DNA of 64,000 nucleotides from Eimeria praecox (GCA_963920595.1 OY986947.1:4278001-4342000); one strand, 5' to 3'. Shown: positions 37,833 through 52,800, numbered from the stretch's first letter. Numbers and translations: made by a program. The notes: generated by a model from the sequence alone, not told the origin.

Positions 37833-39121
37833 TTCCTCCAAACGACTTCTTAAGATAACCAATCGTCAGGCTAAAATACTCACCATACTAGCACATAGTG
37901 CAGGTACGGCGCAAGGACGACTATGAAGTCGGCGTCGTGTGAGCAGGGGCGTTGCCGTTTGAACAGCACCAACCAGCCCTCCTGCTTATGGCCTCCCAGC
38001 CTCAACTGCACAAAACAGTAGAAGCGGAACTGCCTCAGTAAAAGGAAAGCCAATAATTGCCCCTTAACAGGCCCTCAGCGGGAGGAATATCTCGTTGGTC
38101 AAGACAAGCGTTGGGCTGTTGGAGTGCTCGCACTGCACGAGACGCCAGAGAACTGAAGGCAGACTTATCCAATTTTCCTAAAATATAACGAAAAAAATAC
38201 AAAACGGTGTACTTTGGGGTCGGGATGCTGAACTCTTTCGCTTCCAACACCCGCGCGATCGGCTTGCTGGAATTGCCCAGGAAGCAACCTCTCAAGCATT
38301 ATTATTGCGAGCATTCAGGGCCTTTTGCTGATTAAACATAAGTACCATAACGTTGAATCAACTCGTAAAGGAAGGCTGGTCAGTAGGGCAGACCCAAGCG
38401 TATTGGAAATACGGTTTCGCGGTCCGGGGGGGTCCTGCTTGGGGCCCTCAAAGCACGGTGAAGTACTTGCAAACCACCTGGTTTGCAGCTGATGCCACTC
38501 CCGTGGCACTTCCCATACGATTTTAGAGGTGAATCATCCTTCAGTGATTCCGATGAAACGTATTTCGAGTTGGAATTACTGTTTTCCCCTGTGCCGCTGG
38601 GTGGTTAAGGGCTCTGCACCATCAACCATCCCTGTGTAGAGGCAGCTCCGCTGCACATGCTCGTAGAGGCAAGCCTCTGAATTGCATGGCTTATCTTTTC
38701 TTTGAAATATCTGTACAGTGTACCAAGGCGGAGGATATAGCTGATGACCGAAGCTACGCATCCAGTCAGAACCCACCGGAGTGACCCCACTAGACCGACT
38801 TTGACCGGTTCTAGCAGGCAGAAACAACATAGTTGCCTTAGGAATATGCTAGATAGTTTACTGTTAAAGGGCTGTCATTAGTTTGGGGGAAGTGAGGTTT
38901 GGTGTTGCCCAGCTTGCTGTTTCCATTTAGGTTGGGTCTCCGTAGTTAGGCGTTCCAGAAACAGCTGTGTGACTTCATTGGTCGACCCTGGCCAGACGGC
39001 CTGAAGACATTTTAGAGGTGCAGGGGCCTTACATGCTTCCCGACGCAGTGCGCTTACGGGTCGCCAAACAATAGGCCAGACGCTTATTCTTCCGCTCTTT
39101 CCGGAAGGATCCTGTGCCGAA

Positions 39122-39986
39122 ATGCCAGAAGCCAAGAATAAGGCTGGGAAGGGCGTTCGAAGGCCCCGACTAGAACCAACTGAGCAGCAGCGAGCGGATA
39201 TAAAGGAAGCATTTGACCTCTTTGATGTTGAGGGTACTGGAACCATTGATGCCAAGGAGGTGAGAGTGGCGTTGAGAGCCCTTGGCTTTGAACCGTCTAG
39301 AGATGAGCTTAAGCGGCTGATAACAGAGGTCGAAAGGAACAAAAAGTCTGCAGGGAATACTGAGGGGACAGATAAGCAGAGGAGTAGTAAGCTTGCACGA
39401 ACAGGCACTCGCCGGGCACCAAACAGTAGTAGCCCTGCGCTCCGAAGTGCCGTGGCATGATTTTTAAGCCATCAAAGAATATCCAGCTCGCCAAAACATA
39501 TAGACCGTGCAGTTATAGAAGAAGGGGCTGCACAGAAGCGGAAACTTGCTGAGAAGCAATAATAATGCTCCCCCTCACGGCAACATGGTTTGTGGTGCAG
39601 CAGCGGCTCAAGGTGCTGGGCAACCGTCCTTGGGCCAGCTGGACTATAATGACTTTTTGGAAATTATGAAAATCAAAATGAACGAAAAACCAACTCGGGA
39701 ACAGCTAAGCAAAGGTGAGGACCGCCAAGCCCTTGGCGCAGCATGTGTTTGCCTCAATGGGAAGGATTGCAACACCCCCATCTATAGCACGCGTGCCCTT
39801 GATGCAGGTTTTTTGGCTCTTTCGAATGGAAAGGATGTTATTACCTGGGACGACTTGAAAAAGGCCTCTGTCGATTTAGGGGAGAAACTGTCGGACGAGG
39901 AGCTTCGGGAAATGCTTGCACATGCTTGCCGAGGAAGGTCGTCACAGGTGACAGAAGAAGATTTCTTCCGAATACTAAGGAGTTGA
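39122..39986 (+). CDS. Divergent centrin-like EF-hand protein; exons 39122-39386, 39601-39714, 39808-39986
   Basis: [74 protein letters not shown] introns join in phase. Confidence 0.9.
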
Positions 39987-41677
39987 AAGGCCAGTAGGCA
40001 CTGCTTCTGTGACATATGCGCTTTCATATCCTCTATAGGACTGCAACAGCCAGATCTCCCCAGCTAGTAAAAACTGCATAGACAACTGGCAAAGGCTTCT
40101 GGTGTACCCTTACTAAGCAGGTTGTATTGATGCCAAAACGCTAGCGATGCGACCTGACAGATCGTATTTTCGAAGTCTCGACAACTAGCCCTTGAAATAG
40201 TTGGCATGCAGGAACGGTGCTAGGGCCCATGAAAGTATGCTAGTTGACGTGATCTGAAATTATACTCCTTGATAGTGCATGCTATTGAAGCGTTAGATGC
40301 TTCGTCTGCACGCAAGTAATATGGAATACTTCTAATCGGCATGCTGCAGTTGTCAAACACTTTCAAACGGAATTTGTACATTTATGCTTCACAACAGCGA
40401 CGCCCCTGGGGTGTCCGGAGTGAAGCTTGCCAAGATATAAAGTGTGCAAAAGGTTGATTATATTTACCTATATACATGGCAGTGTGAGGGGGTAAGACTG
40501 AGGGACTGCGGCTCTTGAGTCGTTATTTCCCTTGTAAAGCAGCAGAGTGCATAATAATGGCCACACCCATTGTTTGCGATATATGCCGCCATTCTGGCAG
40601 CAACAAAACACGTTTTGCCAACTCTACAAGAGGCTCGGCCTTCCAATGAACAGCAGGCAGACCCAAACCTACTTTCCAAGACGATCAATGAGCCGCGCTT
40701 TTCGTTAGCAGAGGGAGGTTACGGGAGGGGCAAGCAAAGTGACCGTCCTGGGGTGACTACGGTTAAAAACTTTGCACAGCCCTTTCTAGATCATCTTTAT
40801 CCTTATTTTGAGTGAGGTATTTTTTGGTAAGGTATGGCTGAGTTACGGCTGGGGCACTACGGCGTTCTCGTCGATTGGAGGAATAAACAGTCGCTACAGC
40901 ACCTCTACCGTTGAAACCCCTCGAACTCTGGGGAATCGAAGCGATGCAGATATTAAAACCTAATAAATGAACGTTCTTCTGGTGCTACAAAAGCTGGGAT
41001 ACTGGTGGTATTTGGAGCTGACCCAGCACCCGCGTAATGACACTTCTGATAGTGTAAGCTGTGCAGGCCAGCCACTATCTTGAAAATTTGCTGTTGAAGT
41101 ACAAGGCAGTGCTTCTGCCAAAAATCTAGTCAAAGTGGCCGGTGCCACACATTGCGTGGATTATGTTACGTTGATGCCTATGATTGAGGCGCCAGCTAGT
41201 ACGTATTTCCGGCCCGCTTCGGCTGTGATGCCCTTCAATGCTTCTAAAATGTATTCTGAATGTATTCTGCGTTCCTTCCCTCCCTTCTGAGCGTCCGTTT
41301 GCAGTGAACGTGAGTAGGGAGCATCCGTCTTCCGTGGGTGGGAAATCATGCTGCGTCAACAATGTTTAAGGCAGTCGTGCTTTACTCCACGCCACAGAAC
41401 GCTTTAAGGTACACTTTTGCACTCATATTGAGAAGCCGTTAATCTTTATGGTTGATCTGAGGCAGCGGTGGTGCCCCCCTGTTGGGACGATCCATTAACC
41501 TGGATGCCGAGTCGGATTACCCCAAGGATTTTCAGACAGAATTGAAAATCAGGATAGCTGAGAGTACAAAGTTAGCAGTGGTGCTCTGCATACATGCAGA
41601 TGTGTTTATACAGCAAGACCCAGAAACATGTGGCAAATGACCTCGGTGTCGCCACTGCTGTCACAAAAGTTATTGAA

Positions 41678-44600
41678 TCATTCTTGCACTTGAGTTCGTT
41701 CTGCCGGCACTTCGGGTGGATCCAAGCCTCTTAGAAGCCTGTATCGGTAGTGAATACGCTTTTGTGCTTGCTCAAATGCTGAATCTAGGTCCTAAACGGG
41801 AAGCGCAGCATGGCAACGAACAGGCAGGTCCTTGAGGCCCTGGCAAACTGTTTTAATGGCAGTCAGAGATGTTCGCACAGTAAATGCTCTGTCCCAAATG
41901 ACCACCAAGTAACATTTACACCCTTATATTCGTCAGGGGGGCATCTGTTTCCCCTTAGCCTTAGTCAGCTACTATACGTTAGCCACATTTGCTTACTTTT
42001 CCAGCCATCAAGTCAAAGCCTCTGAATGCATTCCTTAACTCGTGAGGAAACCGAACCAGTACTTCGTCAAAATGCTCAGCAGAGAGGCGTGCCAAAGCAG
42101 TAAATGTTTTCGCCTTCACTGTCGCTGACCGCTTGGTACCTAGCAGACGACAATCCAAAACAGAGCGCAGGGATAAGCCCAGGTGCACCATGCGCCCCAA
42201 TTCAGTAGCATCAAAGGGCGCTTCGTATTGGTCAACTCCGAACCTGCTAGACCTCACCTACTGTTAGGAGGGCGAGCTCTCCGAAGTAATCTCCCCCAGA
42301 CTTCGTCATGATGACGGAGCCTTCAGCAGAAAGAACCTCCACGCTGCCCTGCGCCAAAAAAGACCAGCCTTCCAGTTGCAGTGATCTCAACCCAAGCAGC
42401 CTATCCTCTTCATTTCGACCATTGCACTTTGGAGTCCTACATGCTCGTTGACATCACCTCAGTCACATTCCCTTACGGCTTTTCAAGCTCTTTTGCGCAT
42501 CGGGAAAGTTTGTGCCATTCCACTACACGCAGTAAGGAATGAAGCCGAAAGCATTTGAAGCTGAAAAACCGAAGCACATACTTTAATAATAAAAAACATG
42601 CAGTCTCCTTCCTGGCCAGCCCGAATGATGTAGTCTCCTGGAGAATAAATCTTGTCTTCCAGTCTCATAACGACATGCTTGGTAAACTCTGGATCACAGT
42701 GCTGAAAAAAGCAGAATTCACACTGCAAGAACCCATTCATTAATGCGCTAAGAGGAGCCGATCCTGTGCATTCTTCAACAAGCATGACACACAGCCTGCG
42801 GGCAAAAGTACGACCGATACTATGTATTGTCAGTGGGCTTGCCTTAAAAAAATTTGCTTTACTGACAAGACCTTTGTAGAGATGCAGCTTCAGTTCTTCC
42901 AGCAAAGGCTCATTTAGGGAACTCATGAGCTTTGTTAGAGCGAACGTGTCTCTGCTTGAATGAACATATCTGCATTAAAAACGCCATCACGCACATTCTG
43001 CTTGTGTCTTCCACTTATGCCAGTACCAAAGGTAGTGTCCAAACATACCAGAGGTTTACTAATCCTGTGTATGATCTGTATTTCTTAGTGTGTGCTTCCT
43101 AAACTATCCTCCTTACCGGAAGTACTGGTCCACTCGCTTCTGCATCTCTGCGGGGACTCGCAAGATGCGCATAGCTTCGGTGGAGAAGGCCATATCGTCG
43201 GAGTGCTGTCCTTCAAGAAGGTTTAACCGTTGGTAGAAAACCGTAATTTCACCAAATGCCATGGCAGAAATGAGGGTTCCGAAGGGGGCGACGATGCAAT
43301 ACTGAAGAAAGACCAGCGCTCTTGGAGTGTGTATAGCCTTATTCGATGGCTGCACCCTAGCAAGCCTTTGAATATTTCGCAACCAACTGTATAGGAAATC
43401 CAAAATGCAGAAAATCTCACCAATACAAGCTCGTTGGGCGACAAAATATCGGCTTTAGATATCTGGCCGTGAATAAAGTTGATGCCGTAAGCGTAGCTAA
43501 ATGCATACTCGTCAACGGGGGCTGCAAGAAAAAGCTCATACTATGGTCCTGACTATGAGTTAATCAACCAATGCAAAACCACAAAAGAGGAAAATCCGCA
43601 TGATGGAATACACTCCTGAAGAGGATTGCAACGACTAACGGTCAAGCAAGGCGACGTGACGCTCCCAAAGGTCTTGAGCTTCAATCACCAAGAAAAACAC
43701 GCATCCAACAATATGGTTGACGGTGACGAGAATGAGAACAAGCCATATTACTTGGAACCACGGCACACGGCGAATCCTATCCGTGCAGGGAGGCCACCAA
43801 ATCATGCGGTGCAAGCGGACGCATTTCGCCAGCATTACAAATAAAAATCGGCTCTCACCTAAGTGCACAGCATGCCAAACAACGCATGTTGAGAAAACGC
43901 TCAACTAGACTCTACGTGCAAAAGATTCACCCTTGGTACCGTAAGCACGCAAGTTTGCAGCTGGCTAATTGTTAGGGTCTAGTACTGGGCACGTGTAGTG
44001 CATGCTGTCAGCCATGGGCCAAACATACGTAGCCTCGCTCCAAACAGGAAGGGCGATATGAAGCATGACAAAATGTCGAAATAAAATGTGGCAGAATGCA
44101 GGTGAATGCCGACAACAGTTTCCCTATGCTGGATTTCCATCCTGCGCTCCCGGTCTACAACGCTGATGTTCAACTCCAAACCAACGCAAACTATATAAAT
44201 CAAGTCAAGAACCACGTCCAAGTAGAGCATTGTATGAGCGAAGGAATAGGCACGGCAGAATGCTACAAAAAACCACGAGAACCAAATACTCCATAGTGCA
44301 ATGAGACACACGGCTACCCCGTGAGCCCTTGCAATCCAAGAGAGGTAAGACCAAACGCCTTCGTCCACCGGTTCTTCCAGCTGATAAATACGTCTCAACT
44401 CTTTTGCGGTCTCAGGCGTCATACGCTCTCTGATATCAAAAGTTGGAATAGATGCAAGCACTGAATCCCGTGGGGCTGTAGATCGTCGTGAGCGCCTCCT
44501 CCCAACCCTCACATGCGACATGGCCCGGTTCAACGTGTTCTGAATGCATTCCGGCATGCTTGAACCCCTCGATGTTCCAATTTTGGAGCTTCCATCGCCG

Positions 44601-44866
44601 CCAAAGTAGCCAATTTGCACACGCTGAGATCCCACCCTCCGGGGTGACCCCGTTGAGACAATACAACTCCTGCGGGGCTCTCTTTTGATTTCCGAGACCC
44701 ACCCCGGTTGCTCGCCACCATCACGCACTCGAGAGGGATGCGAGCCCCAAGTCGCCAAGCCATTGCTGCTGTGGTTGCTCAGGGCTTCAGCTGGTTCTCC
44801 AGCTACATTTTCGCCGAATATTACATGATCATGAGATAAAGTTCCGCTTCCCCACCCAGCACTCAT
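41678..44866 (-). CDS. Cyclic-nucleotide-binding-domain ion channel (CNG/HCN/KCNH-like topology), multi-exon
   Basis: TM segments (YLDVVLDLIY, YFDILSCF, VNHIVGCVFF), C-linker (LRVPAEMQKRVDQYFRY, LNEPLLEELKLHL) and CNBD (YSPGDYIIRAGQEGDCMFFIIK|GSVEV..GDYFGELALL..KRSATVKA). Probable last exon ends RTQVQE* at 41678. Confidence 0.85.
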
Positions 44867-46889
44867 GGGTAAGGGACCCGTGCAGCCTCGAATCTACCTT
44901 CAGTAGAGCAGCAGGAAGGCTCTACGACTTCATGGAGTAGCGCAAAGAGCAGAGCGTTTTATGCCTCTTTGCCTTTACAGCAACCCTACAGCACCACCAT
45001 ATAAAGGATTGTGGTTTCGACCTGCATAGCTTCGATATGCAGTCTCCAAAATAAAGTTAAATCCAGGACGGCATAGTGCTCTCTGCCTCCCTGGTGTTTA
45101 AATAGCTATAAGCGGATCTCTCCTGTTACATCTACGCAGATCGTAGCTTGAGATTTGAAGATGCGAGCACAAAGGCCAGGGCATGTAACACAAGTGCCAC
45201 GCTGTCGCAGAAAATAGAGGGCTCGCAGGAGATAGTCTTCGAATGGATTCTACTCAGGGGTATGCAATGGACCTAGAACACGACCGGTTATTTCATCACT
45301 ATAACTGTATTGTTTCGTGACCATGTGTTCCGTGTTGGCTACCCACCATGGAGTACTCCTGAGGGTGAAATCTATGATTACGCAGACTTTAGTACACATA
45401 AAAATTGCTAAGAAGTGGTCTTTGCTGCAAATATGTACAGTAGAGATGTGCAGCAAATTAGACCCATCGCCCATACTCTACACAAGGGGGCCAACGCACT
45501 GCTGCGGCATAAAATGCCAAGGAAGCGGGACACTATCTCCTTGACTTATAACTACCCTACTCCTTTTCTTAACTTTCAGGAGACAGGAGAAAATAATTTT
45601 TGATGCAAGGGTTGGACTGTTCCATATGCAGTCGACTGCATGCCACACTAGAAGTGACCTCAGAAAGTCTAGTGCTGCGGATGTGGCCTAGCTGAATTCC
45701 GAAGTTTCGGAAACGTGCTTCCTTCCTCTCACTTTTTGGAACACAAGCCAAAAGCTGCACTATGATGCAGAAGACCACCACTCCAGGGGGTGGCCTTGTG
45801 CTTCGGTGGTTTTGCAGCCAAGCGAACCGCTTTCAACGGTGAGCAAAGCCGTTCTGAAATCTGCTCAACACCTGCTTATTGCACACGTAGGAAGGAGTGG
45901 GCAATCGAGTCATAGAGCCTGAGCAAAATCCTGAACGCTGCTAGTGGATAGGCACTTCTGTTCTGGGCGGTCTGTTTGGGAGGGCTTTAAGGAAAGTAAA
46001 GAGTTTGCCACACATCCACAATGCAAGCGGTCATTCTGCAGCTGCATGTACTCATGACAGTGCGTATCGTATGTGGATGTGTGATCAAACTGGCAGTAAG
46101 AGGTTTAACGTAGCTTTATTGGCTTCCCTGGTGCTTGCAACAACCACAGAGGAAGTGCACTGAACGGGATGTGCGCTTCCCGTTAAATCCAACCTAGATC
46201 CACTTAGGGAATTGATCTTGCCGCCAATCCTGCCTCCTCACGGTATGCTCTTCCTTGTACCAAGTAAAACAACCAGAATATGCACCCCTAATGGCCTGCT
46301 GTCAGTCAAGCGCGCTCAACCATTTAGGCTGCAGTGCGTCCGTCTGGAAGGCAAAAAGGGTGCGCCCCAGCGTCAGAATACCAGCCGTTCTTAGCAGCCT
46401 AGCTGCCCGCGTATACGTCAGTTTAACCAGCAGCTTAGGCTATTTAGTTTAGTTGTTGCTTTGATGGCGATTGTCGGCTGCAATAGCAAACTGCTGCCCC
46501 AATGCCATACACCTCCAAGACAAAGGCTGAGCCTGAGCGTCTGCCACCCTAAAAGCATCATAGCTTCCTAGGCTCGCCTTTTGAGCCTGCCCTAGCCTTA
46601 AATCAGATCATGAACCCTTGTGGGGACGTGAAAGCAAGAGCTGCTGAACATGGCATTGCTTACCTGCTTACAATGCTACTGTGAGACGAAGTGCGCTTAG
46701 CATTTCCTAAAAAGGCTAAAAGGGAGCCGTTATGATAAGGCCATCTAGCGTGCTAAGGAGACGTGCTCTGCACGCTCTATTTCCCAGATGCAACCTTAAA
46801 ACCTCTGTCTAGAAAGTTTTTCAAAGAAAAATTAAAGTGATGGCCCATGGACAAAACTGCACTGTGCGACCAGAACACAGAGAAGGTTC

Positions 46890-49800
46890 CTATACAACGG
46901 AATAGCGCCCCACAGCTTGGCGCTGACTGCTCGTTAGGTTCAGTGACTTCAGCGCGATGGACTCCACCAGCTCGTACACTGCATGCCTGCACCACAGAGG
47001 CACGACAACCGCCGCAGCCTGTCTCAGAGAGGTAGCCCTTGAAACTGCAGTATTAGTGGATAGCCATTCGCATGTACTAGACAGAGTAACTGCAGCGAAG
47101 ACACCGCAAGATCAAAAAGCTAGAACCTACCTTGCTCTCTGAACTTGAATAGGTGTGGGGGCAATTATTTCCACATGAAGGAACTTCACGCCCGGTGCAA
47201 GCTGTGTTCGGTGCTTCAGCGCCGGTTCCACGTGCTGGCCCTTTACATACAGCACAGCCCCAGTTTCTTCCATGATGCGAGACATAAGCTCCTGCAAAGC
47301 AAGCAAAACAAAAGGTGGCATCCTCAATCTCTCCCTTGTGTTCTCGGACATTAATCATAATTCACACGAGGCCTCCCCTGCAATACTGCTTCATCCGGGA
47401 GGCAGCGAGCCCCTGAATGGACTATGATCATGCGATTAACGATTTTAACTGGAGCGACTCAATACAGAGAAGCATTCGTTTGGGATTACGCGTTCCTGCA
47501 TGGGAAACACCGCCTTTCCAAGCAGCGTGTCTGACCTTCTGGGTGATTTTATACCGTGCCACCTGTGGGTAGTCGTTAATTTCAAGCTCATCAACAAAAT
47601 TGCCAGTCTCCGGACACACGAATCCCTTCTCAGAAAGTCCAGGAACCTTGCCAAGAGTTGGGTTCGAGGGCGCCGAGACGCTACTGATGGCCGCCGCTAG
47701 CTCGGCTGAATCCTGCACCCGCAGCACATGGCCATTAAAAGGGCAGTGAAGCGTATAACAGGATTCAGACAGAAATCAGACCCATATAAAAGCTGCACAA
47801 CCACTGAGCAGAACAAATAAATTCGACAAATAGAACAGATCCCTGCAGTGCAAGGCGCAGGCAAAGCAGCAGGCTATGCCGAATGAAGATCGCTGATAAA
47901 GATGCGCACAGAGAAGGCTTTTATTTTATCAAGAGCAGCCTGGAGTTGACCGGAGCTTGCTGTTGTGCCTTGCTTGAGAATAGCCAGCGCTTCCGCCGCA
48001 GCATCCATAAACGGATCCTTCTCTTTTGGCAGCGCTTGGCCTGTGATGGAGCTAGCCAAAGCCAGCTGCATGCCCGGCGCTGCTTTTTGCTGAACTTTGG
48101 GACGAGGTGATAAGTGCTTCTTGTAGGCTTCACGCAACTTGTCTTTGTACTGCCCCCGATCTGCCTCCGGGAGGCCTTTCAGTGCCTGCTGTAGCATGAA
48201 GTCCACCTGCAAACACGCATTAATGGGGATCCAGGGGAAGTTCCAAAAATCCATGCAGTGGCGTCTGAATGTGTATGAGGCATTTGTTACTTGGCTCGCA
48301 AGAGCGAGTACTGCAGCGCTGCCCCTTCTGCATTACGGGTTGCAAGACAGCAACAAGCAGGCATATTAGCACCTCGCTCTCACACGGAAACAGCACAAGG
48401 CATGGTTTTTACGACTTCCCATACACCAAAGACACGGCAAATTTAGTGACTAACCCCCTTAAACCCTCAACCCAGCATCGTAAAGTGGTCACACGCTCAA
48501 TCACCAGCGAATCCACCAAATCCACAGATGCCAGTGAAAATGAAAATTGCAGCCGCATTCACCATATACCCAGCATTCCATGATGAGCAGCAGCGCATTC
48601 AACGAAAATTCATACACAGGCTGCTATGATTTAGCCGCATACTGCTGTTTTCATCTACAAGCATGTTAAATATGCAAAGCATAGGAGCCTCTGGTGTTAC
48701 CGCGATGTGCAATACCTGTTGGTCTGCAGTCAGTTTTGTCTTTTCACTTCCAGGCGGCGGTAGGCCTGGAGGTGGAGCCGGTGGGGTGGACGGCGGTCGT
48801 TTCGCAAGTTCAGAGTCCTGCAACTTGAGTATTTTTGCAATGAGCTTGACACGCGCCACACCTTCTGTGGTACTCGTAGGCTGGGTGACCGTGTCACCTC
48901 CAGCCAGCTGATGTTTTACCAACAACGCGGCCTTCGCAGCGGCAGCTTCCACTGCAGACTGCAGCGACCCCGACGTACCTCCAGCCCCGCCACCTTTTGC
49001 TGCCGCGGCTGCTGCCGCTGCTGCCATTGCTGCATCCATTGTTGACATGGTGTTCGTGAGTGCCAGCTGGGTGTTATTAGCCGGAGGCCCAAAGTCATCT
49101 CTCTGAAGCAGCAGTTCAACCTCCTCAACTTCATCAAAGTCATTTGCTCCAGACAGTTCTTTCTTGGCTTGCTGCATTTGCTGCTGTTGACGACTCTTTT
49201 CCGTGATAGAGAATGTAAATCCTTTCCCGCCGAATCCGCCTCGTTTCGTCTTCTGTGCCAACCCCATGTTACACTGAACACGGAATTCTGAGCTGAGTGC
49301 GGCCAATGCCGGAGGGACATTCTGGCCAGACTGAATTAATGCCTGCACATGTCAAAAAAACCCAGCAAAAGCAGTGGGCATGAAGGACGCAGCACGCTTT
49401 GCCCTCATCTAGACATGCATACCAGCGCAAAGAGCAATGAGCGGCTGTGACAAACTAGCTGCAATTAGGCTATTTCTTGCAAATCGCTCTGGGCAGAAAT
49501 CCAGTACACCTTCAGCGTTGAGGATAGGAGCAATGCACAACTAGTTGCTGCAGGCGATTAGCTGTTGCGCAAAGGCAAAACACAGTCGTACCCCTTCAAG
49601 TTCTTCTGCCTTGTCTGCCTCTTGTGGAGTTATGAACGTGTATGCAACCCCAATGTTCCCCGCTCGCCCTGTCCTCCCAATACGGTGGACGTAGTCTTCA
49701 ATATGCGAAGGACAGCAGAAGTTAATAACAAGGACAACAGATGGAACATCAAGCCCGCGCGCCGCTACACTCGTCGCAATCAACAGCGTCTTAGTGCCAT

Positions 49801-52800
49801 CCTGAAGACAGGAGAGACACGAAAACAATGCGGGAATGCCGATTCGTGAGGTGCCCAATGGTTTCGATGCTGTAACTGTGGCTTGCTGCGAACTTGTCAC
49901 TTACTTTGAACTCCTGAATTGTAAACTCGCGGTCCGTCTGGTCTTGGCCCCCATGAAGCACCAGTGCCTGATAGCCATACTGGACTCATAACACAGGAAA
50001 ACAAGGCCGAAAGCGGTGCCTTAAGCTGGGCAAGACGACTCCTCCCAAGATCAACAAATCCGGCACTGCAATGAAAACGGCTGGCTTTATCTTCTCAGCA
50101 AATATATATAGCCCAACGCGCACAGAAGGGAGCAAAGACATCCAATTATGCAACAAAACAAATTGCGCATTCACTGCGGAGGAGCTGAGTCGTAAGAGCT
50201 GACCTTCAAAAGTTCAGCAAACAGTTCATCAGCTTCTATCTGTTTGTTTACGAAGATAATGATTGACCCATAGTCCTGCCAATCCCCTAAGAGTTGCAGT
50301 AGCCTAGAGAACACCCGTGGCACAAGCACACACACAGAGCCTAAAGCCTAACTGGATGACGGAACACTAGGAAGACGATGAACACAACACCAAGAGAGCA
50401 AGCCTAAAAAAGCTTTCAAAGGTGAAGCCGAATGAAAACATCCCCAGTCAAATGAAAAGCTCTTCGGAAGTCTGGGGTGACCGAGCTAAAAATTATATTG
50501 CAAACACCTTCCCGTCCCCAAAACGCCTCTGAATACTCCGCAATTCACTGTTAAGGCGTTACCTGTAGAATTTGCGTTCTTCGTCCATCACTTCAACGTA
50601 CTGCTGCACCTTCGCAGCTGTGCGGCCCTTCTCACCAACAACAACTTCAATCGGCTTGTAAAGGATACGCCGAGCCAGGGCTGCGTCGGAAATATAGACA
50701 TAACCACCAATTTGGGACGTTTATTAAGCGTTTCAACACTGCTTGCTACGAAGTACTTCAATTTCATGAGTGTGATACTGGACAAACGTACATTCAATGT
50801 GGGAAGGGAACGTCGCGGAAAACAGACAAGTTTGCCTATCAAGACGAGTGCTCCTCAGGATGGAAGAGATCTGCGGCTCGAATCCGTAATCAAACATGCG
50901 GTCGGCCTCGTCAAGCACCACAAAGGTCACGCGCTGCACAAGCACATTCGACCTGAATGCCAGAAATCTGAAGCTTCAATAGTGGATAGAAGCGGGGGAA
51001 GCCAGTGGGGACAGTGCCGCAGAAAGGCTGCACCTACTACAAAGGCAGTAAGGTTGCGTATACACTGCTGAAGGGGTCGGAGAGCGCATACGGTAGTCAA
51101 ATTCAGCAAGCCGTGTACCATACTTGTCAGCTCCCTTACATACCTTCAGGCTTGTAAACTTGCAAGAGTTGAGAGTAAGCACATCAATTAGTCTTCCTGG
51201 CGTCCCTACAACGACATCTACCCCTCGCCGTACTTGCCCCAGTTGGCTGCGCAAGCGCACGAAGTATAAAATACTTGTGCAAATCAGTTTTAACATTTCC
51301 CCACAATACGACATTGACAACTATTGATTCAAGCAAGTGATTTTCCAGTTTTACAGCAGCAGTCAGCAACCGAACTACATCTAAGGCTCCTCAAGACTTC
51401 CCACGCAGCAGAGGCTAGTGAAGAACTGAGCACGAAGATAATTTTGCTGCACTTCCGCCACAAAAAACACTCTGGCACGAGGAGGTACTACAGCAACCAA
51501 TTGTGGCGCCTCCTATAGACCACAGCCAACCCCTGTCTCTGCGCCTACTCACCCCGCGATGCCCGCGCCCCCATAAAGGGAAGCAACGTTCAAGTCCACC
51601 AGCTTGCACAGACGAGAAACCTCTTTTGATATTTGAAGCGACAACTCGCGAGTTGGGGCAATGACCTACGGCAGGCCGCAAGCGGCAGCAGACAAAAATC
51701 CGGTATCTAATTTGCAACGAAACCAGGACCAGGTGGTCATAAGGAACTGCTATATAACTCCTACGTGGGCATCAGTATTTTGGAAGAATACATAGGCACA
51801 AAATTCGTGACACAACTGGAAACTGGGGGTATCCTACCAGGCCAATCATTCCCTCCTTGAAATTTCCATAGATCAGCATCCTTTCACCCTTCTCATTCTT
51901 CCGGTATCGGTCTTTATCTTCATTATCTGCAGCTTGCTGCTTCCCACGCTGTTTTTCCTTGGGTTCTGAAGGTGTACCAGCGGTGGGGGCCGCGGCATCA
52001 GCTCGTCCCTCTGTTGCGCCTTGCTGCTGCTGGCTTTCCTCCTGTTGCTGCAAACTCAGCAGTTTCTCTTCCTTCTGCTTAGCTAGGTATTCTTTATACT
52101 GCCTTTTAACGCTCAGCACGTGACGCACAAGAGGCAACGCGTACGCCAAGGTCTTGCCGCTGCCTGTCTCGGCCACAGCAATGAGGTCTCTCCCGCACAT
52201 CAAGATAGGAATGCACTGGCTCTGGACCGGAAACGGCTTGTCAAATCCGCGTTGCTCTAGGTGCTACAAGGAATCCACAGACAGCAAAACAGTGAGAAAA
52301 AAGAGTTATGGCGATGTCACATTCTCTGTGTTAGTATTCATTAATCTCCTGACAAAGCCTATGAAGCCACTGCTCCCCAGGCCCCCACTGCAGTCAGTCA
52401 GGCCTTTAGTGGGACAGACCAAAGGGCTGACCCCTTCACGAGACGCAAGAGACACGAGCAAACGACCTAATGCTGCTGTGAAGCATCGGCTAGAGATTGT
52501 ATCCAAGCATAGATTAAGTCAAAATCAATGGGACAAAGAGGCGTACCCTGAGGATTTTTTCTGGCAAACCGCATTGGTGGAAGGAACTGACAGGACGAGG
52601 GCACTGCTTTCCACGAACCTGAGACACAAAGAAGATATGCCTAAGCCAGAGCAGTTTAAAATATAGACCGGGGACAAGGGCGCCAATTACCCGTCACTCT
52701 CTTTCGCACTGGTAATATTCGTGCAAAACCTTGAACTGGGTCCCTTCTAAGTTCAAGCGTCACGCAGCCGTCTGTTCCGTAAAAGCTAAGCATTCCCCCC

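Noticed and set aside
40570..41000. GHYG..KQSLQHL, possible RNase H trace
   Set aside because: Single short motif that could be chance.
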